Shown here piece by piece: positions 1-11,737 of a stretch of 64,000 nt of DNA. Below the pieces are notes generated by a model. The model was not told the DNA's origin, did no database searches, and saw only the letters and a program-made list of their open reading frames with translations. Each line of letters opens with the position of its first letter. The first letter of the stretch is position 1. The position numbers and the translations under genes were made by a program. This DNA comes from Basidiobolus meristosporus CBS 931.73 (Eukaryota; Fungi; Basidiobolomycota), in contig MCFE01000335.1 of assembly GCA_002104905.1 (NCBI GenBank), positions 28,267 through 92,266 of the forward strand. The letters run 5' to 3'.

Positions 1-1090
1 TTGCTGAGAATCAGTGGCCAGCAGGATTTGCTAGTAGAGTACTTGTTTAATGAGAATATACCAAGTACTAAAGCAAAGGCATGGTCATACATAACTTCAA
101 AGTAGCCCTTGCTTCTTGGCTGTCTGTAATGTTTGCCATCAAATATATTGGATATGTTTGTACTTGATTGCTACTGAGTGCAGTACTGTATAGCTTTGCA
201 ATATTTGTTGGACTGCAACAGCTTCCTCATATGGGGTATGACCAGAATATATCTGGAGTGTGTACAATGTTATCCATCAATGGTGGTGGATTCCTGACAA
301 TTTGGACACATTACAATGGTAGCATTTTTGGATGTGAATGCCATGCAACTGTTAACAGATGCTGGAATCAGGACAGTCTCTGGATCATATGTTGCCAGCT
401 GCATGATGGTTGTCTACTTGTACCATGTACCTGGTAAGTTGCATCCCAGTATGATTTTGGCAAGAAGTAGTAATAAATCCTCAAAGCCCCCATTACTAAT
501 ATTAGTGGAAACATGCCACTTCTATAGCCATAACATTACATCATACCACAGTAGATGGATTACTGGGCTCACTTGGCTCCATAAGTTATCCTTGGCATTT
601 GTTTCAACAGGTGTTGTCTCATTGCATATAGGGACTTGACCAGGCTCATAAGAGGTACTGTTGTTAGGGGAGATAGGCTCAAAATCCATCAGTGAACCTT
701 CTTTATCAGAGGTATCACTCTGCAGGCCATATACAGAAGGCTGAGGTGAGCCTAGAGGCATCACAAACTCACCTGACTCAGTTTGTGCAAGGTGACAAAG
801 ATGGCCAGGTGCCAATATAGAAGTTTCAACTGGCTGGCAAGATAATGTTGGTACAGTGGAGACCAATACATGGTCAAATATGACTAGGGTGGCAAAACAC
901 TGGCCATGATCCTAGTAATACTTCCTATGCAGTTTGCATGCTTCATGGCTGTGAGGCTTGCCACAATAGCCACATGGTCTTTTCTCTCTTCTTGTACAGC
1001 GTTGAGTCAAAGTAGTCTTGTCCATGAGGCACATAGTTTGACCTTCAACAACATAACACTATTACATCACTTTTTGGTCAATACTCATGT
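1..1090 (-). pseudogene. CACTA (Tnp2/Transposase_21-like) transposase, N-terminal part, degraded; boundary approximate
   Basis: ORF 522-866 (MVSTVPTLSCQPVETSIL...GEFVMPLGSPQPS) and flanking frames match the transposase copies at 36925-39100 and 52832-55352, including the N-terminal CGYCGK..H...H motif. Contains stops. Confidence 0.8.
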
Positions 1091-1901
1091 GAACTTAAGA
1101 CAGTCTTGTATTTGAGACATTGTACCTATATGAATGCAAACTTCAATGATAACCTGCCATAGTAAGCATTGTAAATAAAGTTGTGGCACCACATACACAT
1201 GTATATGTAACACTATTTCCCCTTTGATTTGACTCACTTCCATATATATGCTGCCAAAAAATAAAGCAAAGTTATCTGGTTCTCAATCAAACCCCACCAC
1301 TGATGGCAACAGAAGAACAGTTGGACAGCAGCTTGCTTTGACATTCAGTGCCACAAGCAGGCTACATCCAAAAAAGGCCCTGTGGACAGTGTGCCCAATG
1401 AAGGTAATAATGCGGACTCCTCAGCCTCTCAGTCAAGAAGACAATTGAGAACCTCTGCAGAGCCACAAGCTGACCATTATGCTCAGGCAGATGAGAATGT
1501 AGCAAACACAGTTCCCTCAGTTGAAGATCAGCAAGTAGCCATGATAACATCACCACCACCCATATTAGCAAGCTTGTTGTCAGCTCATACCAAAGCATTA
1601 ATAAAGCAATTAGGTGCAGTGGGTGATAGGATAGATGCAATTGCCCAGAGGAATCAGGAAAAAGTCCCAAAACAGGATGAGCAGATAATACATGTAGAGC
1701 AGTCAATACTACAGGTAGAGAAAGCAGTAGACTTGTTCCGTTGGATAGTGCCACACAGTGCCAGCCGGTTTATAGTGCCGGATCAATCTGGCACTATCTG
1801 GCACTATAATTTCTACCATGATGCCAGTGGTATGATACAGTTACTGGTAATTTTACTCAATCTTACTTATGTTGCTCAGAATAGTGCTTTCCTTGCTTTA
1901 T

Positions 1902-2786
1902 TTACTCTTCATAATGCTCCAGACACATTTCTCTCAGTGGATGTCTTCTTGTATGAACATACTGTGCATTAATAAGTATCTTAACTATTTTACCTATTCT
2001 GCTGTTTTCATCTATATATGACTTTCCTCTGTATTTACCTGCCAATATGCTGAATCTCTTCAGATATCCAAATGTGTGCTCTACCCTTACTCTGAAATGA
2101 TTAAATATCTCATTGTAGAGCTTCTGCTTCCTGCTAAGCACACCATTCCTTGGCTTCCTATAAGCTGTAATACATCCTAATCTCTGACAATCCTCTCCTA
2201 TATAGGCCAAGTCTGCCATACATTTCTCCCCTCTACTGAATTCAGGATGATTCTCTACCCAGAGTGCTTTGTCATGCCTACTTCCAGCAAATGGCCCACT
2301 AAACCAGATGATGTTACCCTCAATGTCAGACAGTGCTTGAAACTTCACACAGTGTGCCTTGTACTTGCCAGAATAAAAGTGCCTCTGCCCTCTAGAAGGT
2401 CTGTTAATCCTCACTGGGAAGGTATCCAAAATACTCCTGATATGGAACCTGTTGCTGAACACTCTGGGATATGGAAGTCTATTGGAGCTTCTGAACCTAG
2501 TATTCCAAGCTTGCTCTAAGTCATTCATACCCTCTGCAAGGTGGTTCTCCATTGCTGTCAGCTGGGAATGAAAGCTTCTAGGACTTTCGTTGCCATGGAT
2601 GGTGGGATGAAACCTTGTAGGGCAATAGTTCTTTTAATAGCAGAGAAGCTTAACAAGGGATCTCCTTGAGTAGATTGGGGTTGATGGTCCACAGTACTTG
2701 GAATAGATCTCCTCCAGTGTGTCAAAAGGAAATCCAGTGGTAGTGATGGGATTGATGAGAAAAGACCATTCAGATGAGTAAGTCAT
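1902..2786 (-). pseudogene. PHIS DDE transposase (DDE_Tnp_4-like) with one premature stop
   Basis: Co-linear with the intact 294-aa ORFs at 49560 and 62195; TAC->TAA at 2634-2636; motifs ILDTFPVRINRP, GSRHD, ADLAYIG, RVRVEHTFGYLKRF. Confidence 0.9.
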
Positions 2787-3145
2787 ATTAAAATTGATGG
2801 ATGATTGTATGGAGGTGGTTTGAATCGATTTGGCGCAATCTGCGTTATTTATCTGATTTTTAACACATTATGGTTAAATCTCCATCAATTGCCATGTATC
2901 CCATCATTATGTCGCAAAAATCATCCGCAAACAATGCCTTGGTACTTTTATTGATGCTTTAATCATAGGTCTATAATCTAATAGGAAATCTGCAATTGAT
3001 GTGATCTGATCCGTGTCAACGCAATCCAAGATGCATCATGCATAATATATGGAAAATTCAACAATCACTTTAGTTTTCATATATATTTCATATAAGACCA
3101 GGTTGATGCCAATATACTGCTGTATAAGTATCCAAATCCGTTGCT

Positions 3146-4408
3146 ATGGTCCCCATACCAAGCCTCAACTCATCTTTAGTACAACCCAGACAAAACCCAT
3201 CCCCCAGCTCACTAGCGCGGTCCGGACCGGAGAAGTCGATGTCGGATCCGTTCAAGTTCTCCCCAAATGATTTTAGTATGGCCCAAGTGTCTATGATGTG
3301 CCTTCATACAGATATTTGGGCACTACTGATTAATCTAGCAGAACTAGATACCTCAGAGAGTTGACAAAGATGGAAGAATTTGAGTAGAAAGCTGTGGCAT
3401 GAGTTCTACATCAAGATGCCAGCCGATGTATGTAAAAAGATATATAACAAGACAAGTATTGAAATCAAGAATGAGCTGAGAGTGAGGGGATTTGACGAGG
3501 AAGCCGCGCGGGAACAATTTTGCGCGCAATTTGCACAGTACGGGCCGGACGCGTCCGTTTGTGCCTCAACTTTGGGAACCAAAGAGATTTTGAATGAATT
3601 TTTGCCTCAAATGACTAATGTACTACGTGATATATTAGTAGAGCTAAGTGGCTTCTGAGAGCAATATATGCAGGACTCATCCAGGCAACAGCTCCAAAGT
3701 ATGAGACAGAGGGTAAGTGAATACCTTGAGGAATCAGATGGTGAGCTTCAGGAGGAAGAATACAGACTGCAAGCAACATTGTCCAGATTGCGCCAGCACG
3801 CCTCGCTGGATTCCCTAACATCTCTTGCAACCACAGCACGCCGGCGCACGTCAGTCCAGACCATGCCAACACCCTTTAACAGAATGCCCCGCGTTGAGTC
3901 AACGTGCATTGAGTCAACGCGCGTCGGGTCAACGCACGCGCTTCAGAGCAAAACTACCAGAACTCGCCAAACTGCTCATTTAGACACAAGTCCATTGGAG
4001 CGGACTGAGTCACGTCAACATGTGGCATCACATTGAACTCAGCCAAGGGCCATCTCAACGCGTCAAGGCGCGCCTGCGCGTGCCGTTTCGCCTGACCATC
4101 AGCAAGTTACTTCTGGTGAAATGACTGATGATGACCAACATGAAGTGACTCAACCACTGGAGCCCTTGGCAAGTAAAAGAACGCGTCAGCGCGTAGCACT
4201 ACAGGCCGGTTCAGTTGGTTCAGTCGGAGTGATTCAGCGCGGCCAAGCTGCAGCATTGCACTCATCAACTAGGAGGCAAAATACTGACTACAAATACACA
4301 AGTAGCCAAGATGATAGTCAGCCAGGAAGTAGTATAGGTGTGCAAAGTGAGTCACTACCAAATGCTTCAGTAGTAATCCCTGTGAGAAAAAAACCCAGGA
4401 GAAGATGA
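3146..4408 (+). pseudogene. PHIS partner ORF2 (putative Myb/SANT/MADF-like DNA-binding protein), several stops
   Basis: ORFs 3146-3364, 3380-3658, 3668-4036 and 4121-4408 lie along one gene model. Its QRWKNLSRK segment resembles the Myb/MADF recognition helix; basic C-terminus RKKPRRR. The domain call is by resemblance only. Confidence 0.65.
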
Positions 4409-7089
4409 TGCGATTGCTTTGAATCGCTCACATTTGTAATGATCCCAACAGCCCTTTTTTTTTTGCAATCTGAATCAAGCCATTGCAAATCAGTGATCAT
4501 CAAATTTTTGATATAAGTAATATCAAGGACATCTCACATTTGAGACAGAACCCCTATAAATAAACACCCTGCATATATATACGTCATCTGTAATACCAGT
4601 GCAGCTATTGGATCTGTTTCGCACCTACACAATCGCTTGCATGCTAGCTATGACACCTTGCCCAATCACTAGGATCAGGGACTTACTTGCTCAATGGGCT
4701 AAATGGGATATTTGATGGCAAATCAGGTAGCTTTTTCAGTAGTCAATGAGCCAATTGGGGGCTGCCAGCTTCAGGATACTTTTGGACCAATTAACCACTG
4801 AGATACCGTCCAATTGGAGTGAGGGTAACCAAAATGGTAAGTATCAGTGTAGTTTATAGTGTGATACACATTTATTTCCATTTACATTAAAGAAACATAT
4901 CCAAATACCGGATTTTACCTGCCATTATAGTGGTATCTGATCGCGCACGTGATGCAAGCATTACAAGTTGGCGCAATCATCTGCGCCAACCTCATCGTGT
5001 CAGATTGTGCCATAGTGTGCGAGATTGTCCCGCATAGTGCAAAATTGTCCAAGAACGATCCTGCCTTCTGGTAGCTATAATATTGCGCCCGATTGTTCTT
5101 TGCAACCAGCGGATCACGCCGCACGCCCTGGCATGGTACGATGGAACAAGTCTAGTATCTTTGCAGCAAAGAAGGAACTCAAGTAGCTCAATGTCACAGC
5201 CAAGAATTGAGCCATTTCCCAATGTAGCAGCAGAGGAGCACCATGCAGTCTTTGGGGCACAGCAACAGTGCCTAAAGATAAAGCCCACAGAAAAACCTAT
5301 CACAGCATGGGAGGGAGACAATGTGGTGTTTATACTAAAGCCCAAAAATCAAAAGATATTGAAGATCCATGAGGCCATTGAGTGCAAAATGAAGAGTGGG
5401 CTAATATATAAGAGGCTGTCAGAAGTCTAGCACACCATCACCTTAAGGCCAGCATACCATGGGACCATCAGGAACTCAAGGCCAAGCAGAATGCACTTGA
5501 CTTGTTCCATGAGCATTATCCTGAATTCAAATGGGCAAGTGGATTTTGGGCCAGCATTGGTATGCTAAGGAAGTATCTCAAGAATAGCAGAAACTATCAA
5601 AGGCAGAAGAACAAGGATGCCATGGCTAAAAACCAGCAGCTTCCTTAAGAGCCCATTGCAAGCAGGGCCAAAAGCTCCAGACAAGCGTCAAAGAGACGCT
5701 AGGCAGCTGGAAGAGTGCCAATTGGGGACAAGCAGGCAGACATGGATGCACCAGCACAACATTCATCAAGGAAAAGGCATAGTACCACTTAAGAAGCACC
5801 CAGCCAAAGTAACAGTAAAGGACCTGGCAATGATAAGAACTAGCTGCTTTTATATGAGCCCATCACAACTACAGTTGAGAGCTCAAAACAAGCTGAAAAG
5901 AAATGTAAGGTTGCCAGAAGAGTGCCAGCAAGGGACAAGCAGGCCAACACAGATGCATCACAGCGGAATTTATCCAGCAGAAAATGTAGTTCTTTGTAAG
6001 AAGCACTCAGACAAAGTAGCAGTGAAAGACCTGGCAGTGATAAAGGAAAAGGTAAAGGGGGAAATGTCTATCCAAGCCTGAGAAAGGGAGGCATGCAAAA
6101 AAACTGCAGTTCTTGTCAATTAACACTGCAAGCCAGGAACAGACTGAATTCCATCATAGCCAAGAAGAATTATCAACAAGACAACAGCTGTTTTCACAAG
6201 AGTTGGAAGCGCAGCCAGTTGAGCTACACTCCAGCAAGGTAGATGAGTTTGCTGAAAAAGGCAATTTGTCTACCACAGCATCCTCAGCCTCCATTGCTGA
6301 CAGGGTGGAGATCCCACTGACAGATAAGACCACAATGTCAAGAGCTCAAAAGACTATCACAATGCCTTCAGTGTAGTTGTGGAACATCAATAGGTACACC
6401 AAGAGGTTGCAGCACTTCTTCAAGAGCAGTGCTCAAGAATGCACTGGAATATTGCAAGGAATTATTGCAAAGACTAGTAGATGAGGAGCTAGACCTGGCA
6501 GTGCTGGCTGAAGACCAGGATGTGTGGGAATCAGTGAATGAACAGTGGCATAAAGCCATTGGGTTCCTGCCAAAGTCATGGAACCAGAGCGTTACAGCAG
6601 AAATACTTATTGAGTGGTGGATTTTAATGGAGCTACTTATTGAGTATGGTGTTGTGCTTAATGTTAGTGTAGGGTATAGGGACTTGTATAGGTCAATAAA
6701 ATTGGCAATTGAGGTACAACTGGAGGTTCAATGGAAATAAACCAATTTGTATGCATGAAAAGTAAGAGAAACAGATGAGTCAGGATGCAAGCAGTGTGAA
6801 AAAAAGGTAATAGGCAATCAATTCACACAAATGTAGAAGGCAATAGAGTGTCTGGGATCAGAAAGTGAGCAAATTGGCAGGGACTCAATCAAAAGTCACT
6901 TATACATTGTTGTGATGAAAAATTTTGACTAAGTTTTTTGTGAAATCTGGGGTGCCATTAGTTTCAACAGTCTCTGGACAGTGTCTTGCCACAATCAGTA
7001 CCTCTTAGTCACAGGACTTGCAATTTGTGATGGCCTTTTGATGGGATCATCTGAATAATTTTTCATAGGGCAATGTAGCAAAGGCAGTA

Positions 7090-7181
7090 CATTATGAAGA
7101 ATAATTGGTACTGCTTCAATCTGGATTGGCTATCAAGATACAGTCAGGAAACCCCAATGAAACCAGCAGCTTGGAATTAAT
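7090..7181. mobile_element. Isolated CACTA terminus fragment
   Basis: Starts CATTATGAAGAATAATT; its reverse complement aligns with the right end of the complete CACTA at 39615-39704 (CCAAGCTGCTGG...TTCATAAGG). Confidence 0.6.
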
Positions 7182-7904
7182 AGACTTGTTCCATTGCACT
7201 GTGCCAGGGTGCACGGCTCAATCTGTGGTTGTAAAGAATGATCAGGCGTTATATTATAGCTACCAGAAGGCAGAACTGTTCTTGGACAATTTTGCACTAT
7301 GTGGGACAATCTGACACAATGAGGTTGGCACAGATGATTGCGCCAACTCATAATGTTTGCATCACGTACACAATTGGATACTGCTATCATGGCAGGTAAA
7401 ATCCGGTATTTGGATATGTTTCTTCAATGTAAATGGAAATAAATGTGTATTACACTATAAACTACAGTGATACTTACCATTTTGGTTACCATCACTCCAA
7501 TTGGACAGCATCTCAGTGGTTAATTGGTCCAAAAGTATCCTGAAGCTGGCAGCCCCCAATTGGCTCATTGACTACTAAACAAGCTTCCTGGTTTGCCATC
7601 AATTATCCCATTTTGCCCATTGAGCAAGTAAATCCCTGATCCTAGTGATTGGACAAGGTGTCATAGCTAGCACGCAAGCAATTGGGTAGGTGCAAAACAG
7701 ATCCAATTGCTGCACTGGTATTACAGATGATGTATATATATGCAGGGTGTTTATTTATAGGGATTCTGTCTCAAATGTGAGATGACCTTGATATTACTTA
7801 TATTAGAAATTGGATGATCACTGATTTGCAATGGCTTGATTTAGATTGCAAAAAAAATGGGTTGTTGAGATCATTACAAACAATAGCAATTCAAAGCAAT
7901 TGCA

Positions 7905-9972
7905 TCATCTTCTCTTGGGTTTTTTTCTCACAAGGATTACTACTGAAGCATTTGGCAGTGACTCACTTTGCACACCTATACTACTTCCTGGCTGACTATC
8001 ATCTTGGCTACTTGTGTATTTGTAGTCAGTATTTTGCCTCCTAATTGATGAGGGCAATGCTGCAGCTTGCTGTGCTGAATTGCTCCAACTGAACCAACTG
8101 AACCGGCCTGGAGTGCCATGCACTGATGCATTCTTTTACTTGCCAAGGGCTCTGGTAATTGAGGCACTTCATGTTGGTTATCATTAGTCAGTTCACCAGA
8201 AGTAACACGCTGATGGTCAGGCAAAAAGGCATGTGCAGGCGCAACTTGACATGTTGAGATGGCCCTTGGCTGAGTTCAATGTGATGCTGCATGTTGACAC
8301 AACTTGGTCTGCTCCAGTGGACTTGTGTCTAAATGAGCAGTTTTGCAAGTTCTGGTAGTTTTGCTCTGAAGCGCATGCATTGACCTGACGTGCATTGACT
8401 CAATGCATGTTGACTCAATGCAGGGCGTTCTGGTAAAGGGTGTTGTTGTAGTCTGGACTGACGTGTGCTGGCACACTGTGGTTGTAAGAGATGGTAAGGA
8501 ATCCAGCAAGGCGTGCTGGTGCAATTTGGACAATATTGCTTGCAGTCTGTATTCTTCCTCCTGAAGCTCACCATCTGATTCCTCAAGGTATTCACTTACC
8601 CTCTGTCTCATACTTTGGAGCTGTTGCCTGGATGAGTCCTGCATATATTGCTCTTGGAAGCCACTTAGCTCTACTAATATATCACGTAGTACATTAGTCA
8701 TTTGAGGCAAAAACTCATTCAAAATCTCTTTGGTTCCCAAAGTTGAGGCACAAATGGATGCATCTAGCCTGTACTGTGCAAATTGCATGCAAAATTGTTC
8801 CCGCGCGGCTTCCTTGTCAAATCCCTCACTCTCAGCTCATTCTTGATTTCAGTACTTGTCTTGTTTTATATCTTCTTACATACATTGGCTGCATCTTGAG
8901 GTAGAACTCATGCACAGCTTTCTACTCAAATTCTTCCATCCTTGTTGACTCTCTGAGATATCTATATCTGCTTGATTAATCAGTAGTGCCCAAATATCTG
9001 TATGAAGGCTCATCATGGACACTTGGGCCATACTAAAATCATTTGGTGAGAACTTGAATGGATCCAACATCAACTTTTCTGGTCCAGACCACACTGTGGA
9101 TGGTGTAGAGTTACTCCTAGGAGAAGCTACACAACTCAAGGTGTGTGAAGTGTCTGATAGGTGCAATAACCTATGTGCCTAAACTGCTGGTGTCTTTGTC
9201 AATATGTCACTATAGTAAAAGCTCCTGCTTCTCTAGCTTCCTAGGTGCTCCAAGTGTCTCAAAAGGTCTCTGTGTGTCTTGTGCACTACCCTGAAAAGCT
9301 CCTTGAAGGCAGGTCTGAGATATACTGTTGAAGGCAGGTGCAGTGATCAACTGCTAATCAATAAGGTAGAAGTGTTACTGATGGAAGGGATGATTCATTG
9401 ATGAGGAATTGCTTTCCCTTAAATACTTTTCCTGATTGCCAAGTGATTACTAATGACAAGGTTCTAGATGATTCTAGGTATCAGTGGAATTGTTGATGAC
9501 AGCACTATGAGCTAAAAATATGCCAAGAATGTCCTGGAAGGTTCTAAAAGGCACAGCACATTCAACCAATCAGGAATCAGTAGTCTGAAACCTGTACAAC
9601 AGTGAAATACCATATATGGTATTGCTATGGTAGGGATGGTAGCGCAAACCTAGGCCATGTGTCACAGGTACTGACACAGGCACCTGCCTTATGTAGATGA
9701 CATATACTGATTGCAAAGCTGTATAACATCTGGGATAACTATTGCTAATAACTAATCAGGGTATCACCATGTGGGGATAATACTGATAATATGGGCAAAA
9801 GAAGAATGCGATAATACTGATAAGATAAAATATGGATAAGTATATCATAAGGACTATATGAATAAACTTGTCTGTGGGAGGTATGTTTACTCTACCACAG
9901 CGCTTGTGAGCTGGGGGAAGGGTTTTGTCTGGGTTGTACTAAAGATGAGTTGAGACTTGGTATGGGGACCAT
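7905..9972 (-). pseudogene. PHIS ORF2, degraded and interrupted by the solo LTR
   Basis: ORFs 7905-8123, 7976-8224, 8276-8788 and 8876-9166 match ORF2 of the other copies. Confidence 0.8.
9095..9899. repeat. Solo LTR, family D (TG...CA)
   Basis: TGTGG...CCACA termini. Flanks ACAC/GCGC are a 4-bp TSD GCGC whose left copy decayed at CpG; the empty site CCGCGCT is seen in other PHIS copies. Related sequence at ~33803-34150 and inverted at ~46228-46940. Confidence 0.8.
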
Positions 9973-10332
9973 AGCAACAGATTTGGATACTTGTACAGCA
10001 GTATATTGGCATCAACCTGGTCTTATATGAAGTACATATGAAAACTAATGTGATTGTTGATTTTTCCATATATTATGCGTAATGCATCTTGGATTGCATT
10101 GACACAGATCAGATCACATCAATTGCAGATTTCCTATTTGATTATAGCCCTATTAGTAAAGCATCAATAAAAGTACCAAGGCATTGTTTGCTGATGATTT
10201 TTGCAACATAATGATTGGATACATGGCAATTGATGGAGATTTAATCATTATGCATTAAAAAGCAGATAAATAACGCAGATTGTGCCAAATCAATTCAAAC
10301 CACCTCCATACAATCATCCATCCAATTTTAAT

Positions 10333-11217
10333 ATGACTTACTCATCTGAATGGTCTTTTCTCATCAATCCCATCACTACCACTGGATTTCCTTTTGAGAT
10401 ACTAGGGGAGATCTATTCCAAGTACTGTGGACCATCTACACAAATCTACTCAAGGAGATCCCTTGTTAAGCTTCTCTGCTATTACAAGAACTATTGCCCT
10501 ACAAGGTTTTATCCCACCATTCATGGCAACAAAAGTCCTAGAAGCTTTCATTCCTAGCTGACAGCAATGGAGAACCACATTGCAGAGTGTATGAATGACA
10601 TAGAGCAAGCTTGGAATACTAGGTTCAGAAGCTCCAATAGACTTCCATATCCCAGAGTGTCCAACAACAGGTTCCATATCAGGAGTATTTTGGATACCTT
10701 CCCAGTGAGGATTAACAGACCTTTAAGAGGGCAGAGGCAATTTTATTCTGGCAAGTACAAGGCACACTGTGTGAAGTTTCAAGCACTGTCTGACATTGAG
10801 GGTAACATCATCTGGTTTAGTAGGCCATTTGCTGGAAGTAGTCATGACAAAGCACTCTGAGTAGGGAATCATCCGGAACTCAGTAGAGTGAAGAAATGTA
10901 TGGCAGACTTAGCCTATAAAGGAGAGGATTGTCACCAATTCTGATGTATTACAGCTTATAGGTAGCCAAGGAATGGTGTGCTTAGCAGGAAGCAGAAGCT
11001 CTACAATGAGATATTTAATCATTTCAGAGTGAGGGTAGAGCATAAATTTGGATATCTGAAGAGATTCAGCATATTGGCAGGTAAATACAGAGGAAAGTCA
11101 TATATAGGAGAAAACAGCAGAATAGGTAAAATAGGTAAGATACTTATTAATGCACAATATGCTCATACAAGAAGACATCCACTGAGAGAAATGTGTCTGG
11201 GGCATTATGAAGAGTAA
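10333..11217 (+). pseudogene. PHIS DDE transposase, degraded
   Basis: ORFs 10282-10557, 10567-10860 and 10978-11217 are co-linear with the 294-aa transposase, with several stops. Confidence 0.9.
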
Positions 11218-11403
11218 ATAAAGCAAGGAAAGCACTATTCTGAGCAACATAAGTAAGATGGAGTAAAATTACCAGTAACTGTATCATACCACCGGCATCA
11301 TGGTAGAAATTATAGTGCCAGATAGTGCTGTAGGATGCCAGATCAATCCGGCACTATAAGCAGGCTGGCACTATGTGGCACTATCCAACAGAACAAGTCT
11401 AAT

Positions 11404-11495
11404 AGATAGCACTGATATACTGATTGGCTAAGCATATAAATAACTGATTTTATTAGAGATGATCTAACTTAAACATTTTGGTGGTAGATTGTAAA
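11404..11495 (-). repeat. Fragment of Gypsy family A LTR (approximate end)
   Basis: Reverse complement matches the first ~90 bp of LTR A (13056 onward). Confidence 0.6.
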
Positions 11496-11499
11496 AGTG

Positions 11500-11730
11500 G
11501 CATCATATAAAACTGATGTATAACACTATTTCCCCCTTGGGTTTGATTCACTTTGATATATAAACCACTAAAAAATGTACCAAAGGTGTCTGGTTCCCAA
11601 CAAAACCCCTCTGCTGGCAGCAGCAGAAGTGCAGTGGAACAACAGCTTGCTTTGACATTCAGTGCATTAGGAAGAACTGCATCCAAAAATGGCCATGTTA
11701 GCAGCATGCCCACTGAAGGTTATAATGAGG
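11500..11730 (+). mobile_element. CACTA internal fragment (region just upstream of ORF2); approximate
   Basis: Aligns with ~1200-1410 (TAACACTATTTCCCC...CAGCTTGCTTTGACATTCAGTGC). Confidence 0.6.
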
Positions 11731-11737
11731 AGTATTA

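Larger units (their letters stand above)
1729..5153 (-). mobile_element. PHIS (PIF/Harbinger-like, Pangu-like) DNA transposon copy 1, full length 3425 bp
   Basis: TIRs AGACTTGTTCC (1729) and GGAACAAGTCT (ending 5153); TSD AGT at 1726-1728 and 5154-5156; transposase on minus, ORF2 on plus. Confidence 0.95.
1382..6740 (+). pseudogene. CACTA accessory ORF2 (unknown function), split by the PHIS insertion at 1729-5153
   Basis: Removing 1729-5153 and one AGT restores EKAVSLQQRRNSSSSMSQPRIEPF, co-linear with the paralog at 51831-52160 (EKAAPLLQTRNSSSSMSQLRIEPF). Continues through ORFs 5617-6740 with stops and frameshifts. Confidence 0.7.
1..7070. mobile_element. CACTA/EnSpm DNA transposon copy 1 (other end outside the window), interrupted by PHIS copy 1
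   Basis: Ends in ...AATAATTTTTCATAGGG at 7070 (reverse complement CCCTATGAAAAATTATT, matching the termini at 34513 and 45371). Carries the transposase 5' part (minus) and a divergent ORF2 (plus). Confidence 0.8.
7182..11400 (+). mobile_element. PHIS transposon copy 2 (older, CpG-decayed), with an 805-bp solo LTR inside ORF2
   Basis: TIR AGACTTGTTCC at 7182 and AGAACAAGTCT ending 11400; TSD AAT at 7179-7181 and 11401-11403. Confidence 0.92.

Noticed and set aside
1727-1731. TA dinucleotide TSD (Tc1/mariner-like reading) for the PHIS element
   Set aside because: It would add a codon to the host ORF relative to its paralog, and the other copies show clear 3-bp TSDs.
2247-2519. Recurrent antisense or alternative-frame ORFs (MILYPECF..., MENSTITL..., MVSPEIL...) as extra PHIS genes
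   Set aside because: They recur only because the copies are near-identical; they overlap the real ORFs or termini and have no recognisable motifs.
3362-3364. Programmed readthrough, selenocysteine or an alternative code for the shared TGA in ORF2
   Set aside because: Other copies have CAA here, and another TGA (3656) corresponds to CGA in younger copies. CpG decay explains both more simply.
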